DNA of 64,000 bases from IMG/VR virus record IMGVR_UViG_3300029390_000003; one strand, given 5' to 3'. Numbering within the stretch: the stretch's first letter is position 1; each line of letters opens with the position of its first letter. The stretch is from a virus. A model generated the notes under the pieces. That model had not been told where the DNA came from, searched no databases, and was given only the letters and a program-made list of their open reading frames with translations. Of the stretch, positions 50,832-62,198 are shown one piece after another. A program made the position numbers and the translations under genes.

Positions 50832-50846
50832 AATTCAAGCCTCCAT

Positions 50847-51533
50847 TTATGCTGTTTCCAGCTCTCTTTTTACTAGTGGACGACGTTTCGTTGCATTTTT
50901 TAGCCAATCATTCCCACTGGGAGATTGTCTATCCACTCTCGTGTTGCGACCACTCCCTATCGGACAAGCCCGGCGATAATCATCAGCAGTCTTGCAACCA
51001 AGAGATTCTGCTTCGTCCAGAGCTTTTCGCACATAAGCCCATGTGCTACCGCCGAGATCAGAACACTTACCAATCACAGCAAGCACAAGTTCGTCACCCA
51101 TGCGCTCAACATATTCTGCTAAAGCCTTTTGACCAGTAGCACCAAGCTTCCCGATATTCTCTCGGAAAACATCCTCGATAGGTTTTGTCGTTGTCATCTC
51201 ATCACAAGACGAAGACGATATCTTATCTTTTTCTTTCTCTTTTTCTTTTTCTAGCTTTGTTTTGCTTGCGTTTGCTTCGTTTTGCTTACGCTTGCTTGAT
51301 GAGCCACCAGCTTTACCAGAAATCCTCTTACCTTCGATGTATTCGGCATCTTTATCCAAATCTCTCTTCACAGCAGGCCACACATACCGCTCATTTCCGT
51401 TGAGTTCAGGCTCCGTTCCAGACGATTTATATTTCATCATCGCCAGTACCAGACGCCCCACCTCAGCAGCACTAAGGGGTTCAAAGTAGCTCTCATAAGT
51501 ATCCCAGATTTTAATATAAGTATCAGCCATCAT
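50847..51533 (-). CDS. DnaD/replisome-organiser-like replication initiation protein.
   Basis: It has an N-terminal phage replisome-organiser-like region, a Lys/Glu/Ser-rich linker, and a C-terminal DnaD-like helix (STWAYVRKALDEAESLG). Confidence 0.45.
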   Translation of the reverse strand: MMADTYIKIWDTYESYFEPLSAAEVGRLVLAMMKYKSSGTEPELNGNERYVWPAVKRDLDKDAEYIEGKRISGKAGGSSSKRKQNEANASKTKLEKEKEKEKDKISSSSCDEMTTTKPIEDVFRENIGKLGATGQKALAEYVERMGDELVLAVIGKCSDLGGSTWAYVRKALDEAESLGCKTADDYRRACPIGSGRNTRVDRQSPSGNDWLKNATKRRPLVKRELETA

Positions 51534-51538
51534 ACACC

Positions 51539-52357
51539 TCAGTCTTCCAAGCTGTGTGTATTCACACCATAAAAAGTCTTCTTATAATATTCTTTTGCCT
51601 TATCCTCATCAAAACCAACGTACCGTAATGTAATATCCTGACTACTATGATTCAACTGACCCTGAATCCAAGACAATGCCTGGTTATCATCCTTATTAAG
51701 ACACATCTCACGATAACCAAATGTCTTACGGCAAGAATGAGACGCAATCTTATAATTAAGATTCAAATCTCTACCAGCATTACGAAGGATACGAGCAAAA
51801 GAATCAACATCAATAGGATCACCGGCTTTTTTGGGTTCTGCAATATGAGGAATACCAGTTTTCCCATCTCCACCATTTGTCCTCAACGACTTTTTCCAAC
51901 TCCCCTGCCGAGACGGAAACATCCAATCGTCATATCCAAGATTTGCAATCTTAATGTACGTTTCAACGATGTCTCTCGCTTCTGGAGTAAGAATGATTTC
52001 ACGATATTTGGAAGTCTTTTCTTCGACGATGCAAGTTCCTGCGTCCTCAACCACCTCAATTTTTCCATTATAAAGACAGTAAGACATATCAGAAACTTTC
52101 AATTTAAGTAAGTCACTAGCACGCAACCCAGTTGCAATGCCGACATTAAATAGACACCAATTGCGATATTGCTTTTTATCCCAGAAGTATTCCGAAATCA
52201 TTTGAACATCATCCAAGCTTCTAATTGGAGAAATATTACGCTTACGCTTCTGCTTACTTTTTGTAACACCACGCTTTTTCGCCGGAACGGAAGGTTTAGG
52301 ATTAAAATAGACCAATTTAGATATCTGTTCTTCTTTTCTTTCAACAACTGCACTCAT
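51539..52357 (-). CDS. Tyrosine recombinase (second integrase-family gene).
   Basis: It has the catalytic Arg (TGLRASDLLKLK), then HSCRKTFGY, then LNHSSQDITLRYVG (His/Arg/Tyr triad). Confidence 0.75.
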   Translation of the reverse strand: MSAVVERKEEQISKLVYFNPKPSVPAKKRGVTKSKQKRKRNISPIRSLDDVQMISEYFWDKKQYRNWCLFNVGIATGLRASDLLKLKVSDMSYCLYNGKIEVVEDAGTCIVEEKTSKYREIILTPEARDIVETYIKIANLGYDDWMFPSRQGSWKKSLRTNGGDGKTGIPHIAEPKKAGDPIDVDSFARILRNAGRDLNLNYKIASHSCRKTFGYREMCLNKDDNQALSWIQGQLNHSSQDITLRYVGFDEDKAKEYYKKTFYGVNTHSLED

Positions 52358-53492
52358 CACATTCACCTCAAATCCCATACTTTAAACAGTATTTTCCGTA
52401 AGACAATCCCTCGGCATCCGCAAGTTTAATAACATCGCTGAATGTCAAGATTGGCTTTTTGCTTCGTTCCTGTTCTCGTCTCTTTCTTTCATAAGCCTGT
52501 CGCGCTTCGATTCTTACTATCCTGCGGCAATGATCACAATACTCATGATTTATAGCAGCCGGCGCACCACAAACCTTACAGTGTCCGTTTCCTCTGATAG
52601 TAGGCATACCTTACACCTCGAATTCATCAATCTTCCAGTGGTGACGATAATAACTTTCACCACTACAAACAACAGATGCTTCCGCAGCTTCGCACCATGT
52701 CTCGTCATTACTTACAGGCTGTAGGTCATTCTTGCTTTCATTAAACAGGAATACCATTTTATCAATTGCTTTGACTCTATCCTTTGTGACCATAATCACA
52801 TTATCTTCTGCGTAAAAGTCACTGGAATCAATGCATTCGTGTAAAACATAGACCTTCATTTTTTATGTACCTCAATTCTTTTCAAATAGATCATTACGAA
52901 CCTTCGGAGTAAATTGACGAGTACCAAGCTGCTCAATAGCAGTCTCTAGCTTGCCATCTCCCCATTCTCTGGTTTCTGTATTCATAACGATCTCAAGCAA
53001 AAGCTTTGCGTCCTTAGCTTCTCTACGCTTCCGGCGAGCCTTTTTAAGCTCTGCCATAAGCTGATAACCTTGCGCTGCATTCACGGTCTTAAACTCAATA
53101 GCATGTTCTAGATCATCAATCTCATCACTTGCGGAAGTCAAATCACCGTACACTTTTGAATACATCTCTTTCAGATTACACATGGTTTTATCTGTGATAA
53201 CCAAATTCTTTTTAAGTTCCGCCAGCCATTCAGAATCTTCCATGTGAAATGCGTATGTATTTGACTTTACAGCCGGAGCCGTTATATTCGGACTCTTGCC
53301 TGCAATGGTAGCTTCATCCATAGACTTCGGTGCGTAGTGCCCGTTTTTATACCCGGCGGGAAGCTTGTTGATCTCACAAATCGCCAGTCCCTTGGATTCA
53401 AACTGTAAAGCCAGATTGATATCACAGGTGGCGCAGATTCGACCTCCCTTCCGTTTCATAATATAGTTGTGACCATTCGATATTACGTACCT

Positions 53493-54809
53493 TTACTTAT
53501 TCTCCTGCTCCTTCATCAGCTGCTTCACAGTCTTCTTAAACAGCGCGAGGTTCTTTTCGTTTTCAATAAACACCTTAGTCTTCGGATTCGGTGCTTTACC
53601 GTGTGCCTTTTCGTAAGCCACAAACAAATTATTCATTTTCTTATAGCCAATACACTCGTAAATCAGAGTATAAGTGTGCTTATACTGTGGCTTATCGCCA
53701 AGTTTTTCTGCCAGAGGAAGCATAATGGGGAAAAGAATTTTTGCCGTTTCGCTCTGCTTCTTGGGCTTTTCCTCCACAACCGGCTCAGACTCAACTTCCT
53801 TAGCTTCAACATCAATCACAGGAGCAACACAGACATCTACTTCAGGAGCTGCATCAACAACTTTAGCTTCAGGCAGAGCCTTCTGTTCAACAGCTTCTTC
53901 CTTCTTCTTATTGATTGCCTCAGTATACAGATCCTCAACCAGAGCGCCAAAGATAGACTTATACATTTTGCTTGCCTCGACCACATCAATCGTAGGAATA
54001 TGACCAGTACGACCAGTTCTTGCGCAATACTTTCTACGTTCTTCCTCAATAACAAAGGTATAGACACGATTCATGTATTCGTAAACATCACGAAACACAT
54101 CCTGAACCTTCATCTCATTGATTTCCGCAATCACATTGATACGTTCATACATCTTCTTACGCCAGTCACTCATCACATCCTTACGAGGAGTGAAGTTTCT
54201 GGTAGAACGAATCGCATCATCCATCTGCTTGTCCTTAATCTGATGGACACACTGAGATACGCTACTAATCACATTCAGTGCTTCATTGCTGGTAGCACGG
54301 GCTTCCTCAATCTGTTCACTGAGATCTTTGCGAGTAGAATTGAGTTCGCTCTGAAGATTCTTCATGCTATCAAACAGAGCGTGAAGTCTTACGTCAATAA
54401 ACTCCTTGCTCAACGCAGCATCCATCTTAGGAGTAGCCAGAACGGAATCACCACGCATCAAAGATTCCATAATGTCCCAGCAGAAATCCATGAACGCATC
54501 TGCTTTCGGCTGACGTGACAGACGGCAGATTTCCATAACACCACGCAAACTGTAAACAATATATTCACGTTCCTTCGTGATTCCGCCCTCAACTTTCCTC
54601 AGTTTGAGGAATGTTGAAAGAGGGTCAAGACGATCCGTATTCTTAACATGGATGTTTTGAATTGCCTTATTAGGATTATTGTACTCTAGCGCCGCACCAA
54701 TTTGTTCACGGGTCATGTAATACTGGTGCTTGTCATTCTGGTACACATCCACATTCAGTGCGCCGAAGGGCTTAGAGGTTATTACGGTCATAGGATTGTT
54801 GGTAGTCAT
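53493..54809 (-). CDS. Bro-N / KilA-C family antirepressor-like protein.
   Basis: The N-terminal Bro-N pattern is present (FGALNVDVYQNDKHQYYMTREQIGAALEY...KAIQNIH). The C-terminal region is coiled-coil-rich. Confidence 0.6.
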   Translation of the reverse strand: MTTNNPMTVITSKPFGALNVDVYQNDKHQYYMTREQIGAALEYNNPNKAIQNIHVKNTDRLDPLSTFLKLRKVEGGITKEREYIVYSLRGVMEICRLSRQPKADAFMDFCWDIMESLMRGDSVLATPKMDAALSKEFIDVRLHALFDSMKNLQSELNSTRKDLSEQIEEARATSNEALNVISSVSQCVHQIKDKQMDDAIRSTRNFTPRKDVMSDWRKKMYERINVIAEINEMKVQDVFRDVYEYMNRVYTFVIEEERRKYCARTGRTGHIPTIDVVEASKMYKSIFGALVEDLYTEAINKKKEEAVEQKALPEAKVVDAAPEVDVCVAPVIDVEAKEVESEPVVEEKPKKQSETAKILFPIMLPLAEKLGDKPQYKHTYTLIYECIGYKKMNNLFVAYEKAHGKAPNPKTKVFIENEKNLALFKKTVKQLMKEQENK

Positions 54810-57800
54810 TTTGTTTACTCCTTTGTATTTGTTAAGAAAAATCTGCGGTCAAATCTTCAAACGACCAGCTCTTATGATTCGTGTACTCATCACTGAATAC
54901 ATCCATCCAAAGATAACTTTCAATATCACCACAACTTTCGTAATTGATACTGGACAGGTTAATTGTTTCGCCATCATTTCTTTTAAGGTAAATCACAATC
55001 TCAGGATATGGCTCTGTAATACCTTCTGCGATAATCTTTCCGATAGGTGTATCAATTGCAAATTGCTTTTCATTCATTTTATTTTCTCTCCTAGAAGAAC
55101 TGTTTTATCAAATCGTGACGTAATACCAACCGGTGTACTTGTCTACACACCCCATTCGTTTATCTTCTTCTGGGTCATAAAAACCAGTAGCAGATACTGA
55201 CGCTCCAGCCTTTTCATCAATATAATCAGCAACACTCTGAGCATCTTCGTTTGTTTTGCATAGAATGTTCTCACCATCACACCAGCGTTCACAACCTTCT
55301 TCTGGATAACAAGGCAGATTCCTCACAAAACGATTCCAAACATCAAAAACATGATTTTCAAATTCACTCATAATCGTCACCTCAAAACTGTTTTATCAAA
55401 TCTCTACGATTTTCCACCAATCGTATATGTCACAAGCATCAATACGAATATCACCTTTTAATCGCAAAACACTAAAATTCTGTTCACCGTTTTCATCTTC
55501 ATAATATCTACAATAATGATTTACAAGAATATCGTCCACTTGTTTGTTCATTTCATTTTCTGCCTCAAGAATCGTATTGAAACCCTTTTTATAAACAACT
55601 TCTGGGAGAAATGAATTCTCACCTTTTGCAATATAAATATTGATAAGTGCAAACATTTTGTCCTCACAATCTATTCATCAAGCCATTTCTTTTTTCCATG
55701 TATTTCAAGGCGTTGGCAAGATATCTGAATGTCTTACTCTTATGCATTCCATCAAACCACTAAGCAACATACCAGTTGCCAAGACAATCACAGCGACACT
55801 TTAATTTGCCAAACCGAAACTCTGGTCGTACCGTTGGCATCTTACTCAGACTATTCCACAGTTTTAGGGCCTCTTCTCTATTCATTGGAAACGATATCCA
55901 TGGCTCGTGACCATCCGTGAATTCAAGTTTCAGAACCATATTTTTCACCTCAAAACTGATACTTCCAGAATAACTTTGCATTGCCAGTGATTGTCTGCAA
56001 ATATCCAATGTACTCGTTAAAGGAGCATACGCCCTTCATTTTCATCTTGCGTGCTCCTACAGCTCGTGCAGCCACCTTTGGATCATAATCAACAGCATCA
56101 ATAAATGCACTATCAATCATCTTCTGCTCAAACATCTTAATTTCGTTGATATCCATTTTTAAACCTCCTTAAATACCAAAGCACAATTTCCGATACGATT
56201 CACAAATTCTTCCCCATACAATTCATAGAGGTGGCCGAAATCTGCATTATCAACAACGCCTACAATCTCAGCCCCTTGGTTGTAAAGCAGTCTTGCGAGC
56301 CGGAAGGCAACATAATGAGCGTCTTTATTTGTTGTGGCAAAATAAAGGTCATCCATTCCTTCTGTAATAACATCGCTTACATCGATATATTCCATATACT
56401 GTCCGTCACTATCATAAATTTTCAGGCGATCCGGCTCTTCATTATTGTTTGCTTTAAAGAGCCCATAGTCGTTTTCAATTTCAAGTTTAATTTTCATTTT
56501 TAAATCTCCTCAAAACAACAACAATTCAAAATTTTATCGTTTGTAACATCACACTCGTACTTATCGGAATCCACACAGCAACAATAGTAGTGTTTTAGAA
56601 ACGGGTTCTTGTCATCAATATCTGTTTTATTATTTGGAAGTGGAAAACTATATTTATCACCGAGATAGCAGCAGTCAACACATTTTGTAGTATCCATTTT
56701 TAATTCTCCTTACTCAAAATCCCACCATGCGTTAATAGACGTATTCGGAACATAAACCTCAAGCATATGATGGCCGTCACGAATCCATTCAGGTTCATAG
56801 CCTTCATCTCGCAGTTCTTTCATCAGACTTTCAAAATCATTGTTAACAGACTCTACCGCTTCTTCCATTGTTTTGTGCTCTACACTGTAAGGACCATTAC
56901 ACATCGTATCGTCATAAACAACCGTAATCATTTTTAAAACCTCGATTCTATTTAGATTTTTACACTTCCTGCCTTTTCATCCAGAATAGATTGAAACATA
57001 TAAAGCAATCCTTCAGCCGTACATTTCTGTGCTATCATATTCGCAGATTTTTCACTGTGGTTGCAATAATATTCGCTATAAAAATGCAATGCGTTAATAA
57101 CCGTCTGTTTCTCAAATTTTGTCATATTCATTCTCCTTTATATTATTCTATTAAAGATTATCAATAAGAGAATCGATTGAGTATTCGATTGCATCTTCAG
57201 AATTAACCCTTTGAGTATTAAGAACGTAAATTAGCTCTCCATCGTCTGCCCATCTTATTTCAAGCATAACAACGTAACCAAGCTCATCTTCATCATATGA
57301 AATATCAAGTTCATATTCATAAAAACCATCAATGGTGTATGTTTTAATTCTAGTGTCAAAGTTATCAGGTTTTTGGCCTACGCCAGCCCACCTAGACGGA
57401 TTCATCTTAGAAATAAAATCTTCTGCAATCTCACGTGCCGTCATAAGTTAATGTCCTCCAAAATAAAAGCTTTTTCTGAATCAAAAGGTTTTAGTAACTC
57501 ATATTTGTTGGTTTCTTCATTAAAAATCCCAACTCTCACACCTTCTCTTAACCAATATGAAAGTGTATCAAGAGCTTCCTTAACTTCATCCACTGAATGA
57601 TCCCATCCGCAATTTTGGATAATCATAATTCTCACTCCCTTAATTCCTCATTATATTATTATCTTATCATCATTAAGTGTTTCGGTTTCATACGTTGCAT
57701 AGACAAGCTCTGTCGGCTTGCTGTAACACGTTTTCATCCAGTCAAGCTCTGCATCACGCAGCTCTTTTGTGAGATAGATTTCATGCCCTCTATACGTATC

Positions 57801-57844
57801 GCCGTACATAAAATGTCTGACAGAATATTCAAGATGGTAATACA

Positions 57845-58408
57845 TCAGATGGCACCTTCTTTGTAACGAATTAGGCAAATCCATGCTTCAAGAGTGTTCT
57901 GTTTATTCATAAAGTGAACACTGCTCAAACTATCCTTGCACTCTGCAAACCAGCCCCACTTTTTCGCTTTTGCTAGAATATTTGTATACTTCTCATTTAG
58001 TAAAGCCTTATTTCCATTGTCCATCTCGCAAACAATACACGGATAACTATATTCACAACAACCTCTGATTTCTTTGTGCTGAATTCGTCTAAACTCTTTT
58101 ACATCATGAAATTTTTCCCAATATGAACAACGACTAGGATTTACGTATTCAAAATATTTGTGAAGCATTGTAATATCAGAATCAGACCAACCATCTTTCT
58201 CATCAAACTTATAACCATATCCATTGTTAGGAATCTTCAACTCTGGCAAATCTGACAGTGTTTTAGCGATAACATCAAAATCGCATTTTACAAGAACATA
58301 TCCATTACTTAGGTAGTAAAAATCGTTTTCCTTGTATATCTCATAGCCTCTATCACCAAAGAGGATATACCGCAGTTTCTGAGTATCAAATCCATTTACG
58401 ATAGCCAT
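57845..58408 (-). CDS. Hypothetical protein.
   Basis: A 187-aa ORF in a tightly packed minus-strand array. It has a Cys pair (CCEYSYPCIVCE). Confidence 0.3.
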   Translation of the reverse strand: MAIVNGFDTQKLRYILFGDRGYEIYKENDFYYLSNGYVLVKCDFDVIAKTLSDLPELKIPNNGYGYKFDEKDGWSDSDITMLHKYFEYVNPSRCSYWEKFHDVKEFRRIQHKEIRGCCEYSYPCIVCEMDNGNKALLNEKYTNILAKAKKWGWFAECKDSLSSVHFMNKQNTLEAWICLIRYKEGAI

Positions 58409-58585
58409 AATTTATTTCTCACTTTCTTCACAATCCGTTACTGTAAAATCACACGTCCATTCAATATCTTTTGAGTTCATATCGTTTGCAACAATATCCG
58501 TCGCTTCTTGTTCATTATCGGCTTCAATTTCAACATAGCCAGTACGAGCTACAGTTACCTGATACTTCATAATAAAACTCTCCTT

Positions 58586-59149
58586 TTACACCTCACTAAA
58601 ATTTGCATTAAAAAGAATCTCGTTACCATATTCAGTAAGCGTATCCTTAAACCACTTCTCGTTCTTTAACCACCACTGTTCAGCCTGCTGCGGGCTCAGT
58701 ACAATACCTTTTCTTTTCGCTGCATCGATAACGTCATCGACACACCAACGAGTTTCAGCAAAATAATACTGAACATCGTAATCATCTTCTTCGTCAAATG
58801 CTTCCATTTCTGTAAATTCGGTGGAGGGATGCTGCCAATCACAATTGCAAAACACGCGTTTTGCCTTCTTTTCATCACCTTCACAGATATCAATAATATC
58901 CTGTGCAGTGTAAAAGTTCGTATATGCGTCTGCAAGTTCTTGCAAAGTCATTTTACGGTCATAGATAACACCATTCATATCGAGATCAGGAATATAAATA
59001 ACGTTGTTATAGCAGTCCTCTTCAGGAAAGTAGTCCGCTTTAAATATCGTACACTCTTGCCCATCACTCATGTCAAGCAATTCATCAAGAATAGCACCGT
59101 TCTTCAGGAGATTATAAAGTTCGTCTTTTGTGTATAAAGCCTTTTTCAT
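58586..59149 (-). CDS. Hypothetical protein (start at the internal MKKALYT).
   Basis: An ORF with acidic composition. It contains a CNCDWQH motif. Confidence 0.3.
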   Translation of the reverse strand: MKKALYTKDELYNLLKNGAILDELLDMSDGQECTIFKADYFPEEDCYNNVIYIPDLDMNGVIYDRKMTLQELADAYTNFYTAQDIIDICEGDEKKAKRVFCNCDWQHPSTEFTEMEAFDEEDDYDVQYYFAETRWCVDDVIDAAKRKGIVLSPQQAEQWWLKNEKWFKDTLTEYGNEILFNANFSEV

Positions 59150-59466
59150 GATATTTTTCCTTTCAAAAATCTTCCAAACCTGAGCAAAAGCACGGACTAA
59201 AACGAACGTCAAACAATTGCGTAGTAAAATCATCACTACCAAGTTCACGTTCTACATCTATAACTTCTTCTCTAAAGTATAGCCACGACATAATCCCGTC
59301 ATCGTGTTCTTGAATCCACTTCTTTTCGATACCAAACCTCTTTGCAAGTTCGTCCACTTCAAATACCAAAGCCCCAGAATCCGTATTCTTAGTGCCATGC
59401 TCTACCATATAATCAGCAATCTGACGTTCCATCATGTTATCATCCATGATATTTTCCTCCTAAAAT

Positions 59467-60351
59467 TCAACATTTATCAAAATTGTAAGTAATGGTTACA
59501 ACCTTCTCTGCATCACCGATACGGCACCGATCTTCTTTTAATGCCTTTTCAAGGCCACAACCAGCGCTGTATGTGATACCATTTTCAAGCACATCGGAAC
59601 CGATAAATCCGAATGCTCTATCAATTTCTTTCCACTCTCCGTGTTCCTCTTTGTAAAGCGTATAGCCGTAATTCTCACCGGAAAGATAATCACTATAGGT
59701 CTTAACCTCATCACGCATGATTCGTTCCGCTTCTGTTTTGTAAACATCAGAACCGCTAGGAACTTTTGTAACAATCCAACCAACATTGCTATCGTCCCAC
59801 GAACCTCTGAATCGTGTATCACAATCCATAGATAGGCTAGAGTGATCATGTAACCAGAGTGGAAGCCATACGATATACGTATCAAGAAGAATTTGACAAT
59901 CCTTAATGGATAATTCTCCCTCAGCATATACTGGGATTTCATTCTCCTTCAAACCCTGACAAAAATGAGTATATTCTCCATCATCAGTAAGAACAGAAAG
60001 ATAGTATGTATCATCACGAATACTCTTTTCTGCAATTACGTCAATGGTTTTCTTGTTAATAAGTGCATTGATAATTTCTTCTGGCTCGCACATCTCGTAA
60101 ACAAGATTATTCCAAAACTCTTCCGGTGTGCTTGCATCGACCTTATCACCAAGACGGTAACGAGGATGGAAATAAGCCATCACGGAATCGTGGTCGTCCC
60201 ACCAACGAGGGTTATTGTCTGCAACGTCGTCGTGCTGAATATGCAAGCAATACAGGTTATCGCCGTAAGTCCATTTTATGATTTCATTATCGTAGCAATA
60301 CAGTTTTTCCATATCTAAAATCTCCCTTTTATCAATCTTTTTAATGCACAA
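59467..60351 (-). CDS. Hypothetical protein.
   Basis: A 294-aa ORF with no identified domain. Confidence 0.3.
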   Translation of the reverse strand: MCIKKIDKREILDMEKLYCYDNEIIKWTYGDNLYCLHIQHDDVADNNPRWWDDHDSVMAYFHPRYRLGDKVDASTPEEFWNNLVYEMCEPEEIINALINKKTIDVIAEKSIRDDTYYLSVLTDDGEYTHFCQGLKENEIPVYAEGELSIKDCQILLDTYIVWLPLWLHDHSSLSMDCDTRFRGSWDDSNVGWIVTKVPSGSDVYKTEAERIMRDEVKTYSDYLSGENYGYTLYKEEHGEWKEIDRAFGFIGSDVLENGITYSAGCGLEKALKEDRCRIGDAEKVVTITYNFDKC

Positions 60352-61676
60352 AAATTGTAATCATACCTTCTTCATCTGCCGTAAAAAACGATACTTCGTA
60401 TCGACTGGCTTCTGAAATTGAAATCTGATCTCGCTTACAATAATCCTTGATTTTTTGCTCCCTGTAGTCATCCCAAAGAGCTACGCTTGTACCATCAGTG
60501 ATCAAAGAAAGAAAAGTAAGTAAATTCATATCCATTCACCTCTTATGCTTATGCGCTTTCCTTTTCTTCAAATATGTATTTACTTTTTCTTCAAATGCGT
60601 ACCAATCAGACCAAATCTTATTGATCTCGCCATTATTAAATCCATTCTTATAATCGGTAAACTCAACATAATAGTTGCTCGTCCACTCGTTCAAAGCGTG
60701 TTCGTAGATGGCTGCAACACCACGCTTTGTTTCAACAACAAAGCTATCGACTAAAACACATTCAACATAAGCACCAGTGTATTGTGCTTTATTCTGGTGC
60801 ATCCAACGGCCAAGAGCACCTGCGCTAAGATAAAACCGTGTCATAACTCATTCTCCTTTACTCAGCAGATAAAAGTGCGTATGCCAATTCTTTAAGCATA
60901 TCTCGAATCTTATATGCGTCTTCAGCAATTACCCAAACAGAATCTGGGATACCATTCTCACCACGATTTGCAATTAGTTCAGCTGCGTGATCATCGACAT
61001 CGAAATTCTCATATTCTCTCATCGCGCTGCCGGGAATGTCATTTGTGTTTAATGTGAGAATAATATTCTCACCAGCCGGAGACCAACTTTCGATATCAAT
61101 CGTTTTTAAATCTTCTCCAACAATCCCCCATTCAAGAGATTCCAGAATATCTTCATACTTAGATTCGATTTTCATAGTTCATTCTCCTTTACTCTTACTC
61201 TGCCAAAATCATAGCAAGAACCGGCTCACCGGAATCTTTCAGCTGAAGTTCCAGAATATCGCCATCATCCACGATTTCACACTTGCTTAGATAATCCTGA
61301 AGAAAGAATATCTGACATTCCTGCCAGAAAATTTCTTTCGGATCTTCATTCTCACCTACGAACACATTCTTGTGATGAAAAGATTCATTCCAAACCCAGC
61401 CATCACCATCAAAGCAAGCGTGAACTTCCCTCAGATCCCACATAATCTTCACTCCTTAAAACTCCATTGTTTCTCAGTCCTGCTACAAGTGCTTCTTCGA
61501 TTCGTATTTTTTCATTCTCTGAAATATTAAGAGAATAAAAAGTACAAATCGAATTGTATAACGGCCCACACACGTACATAACATCAAGATAATACCTATC
61601 ACTTGTGTTGAACATTAAGGCATAACCTGTTCTATCTTCTTCGTGGTAATTATTTACAATTAAATCCCACATTTTA

Positions 61677-62198
61677 TCACCTCAAAATCCCCTTGAGCAT
61701 CTTTACCATACCTTCGTAATCTTTATCATCGGCACCCAGCATACGAACCGTCATATCAAAATCAACTGTCTGACAATCACTGAAATCGTATTGTTCAATA
61801 TCGTTACTACAAGTGTCAGGGTAATGTTCTTCGAGCCGGTCTTTCGTACCACAGTCACAGAAGGTTCCAGAATAATAATCACTAGCCGACTCACCTGTTT
61901 TCATGTATACACGGATACCATCTGTGACAATCACTTTAGCGAACCGCTTCATATCTTCTGGCGTAAAGGTCTTATCCATGACATCATACGAATAGACCAT
62001 GTAACAAGTTTTATCAGGCTCATAAATATCCTGTTCCTTATCTGCGCCAAACGCTCTAGCGTATCCACCAGCCCATCCACCACAAAACACAAGAATTTCT
62101 TTTCCTGCTTCGATAGCTGCCATATATTCCTCTTCAGGAATCGCTACAATTCTTCCGTTAGGAAAAATAAAACCTTCAAATTCTCTCATTTTTATCAC
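61677..62198 (-). CDS. Hypothetical protein.
   Basis: A 173-aa ORF. Its CGGWAGGY motif and Cys pairs could bind metal or nucleotide. Confidence 0.3.
   Translation of the reverse strand: MIKMREFEGFIFPNGRIVAIPEEEYMAAIEAGKEILVFCGGWAGGYARAFGADKEQDIYEPDKTCYMVYSYDVMDKTFTPEDMKRFAKVIVTDGIRVYMKTGESASDYYSGTFCDCGTKDRLEEHYPDTCSNDIEQYDFSDCQTVDFDMTVRMLGADDKDYEGMVKMLKGILR

Noticed and set aside
53469-54518. A 349-aa + strand ORF.
   Set aside because: It is antisense to the Bro-N/KilA-C gene. Its sequence is low-complexity, rich in Leu, Phe and Ile.
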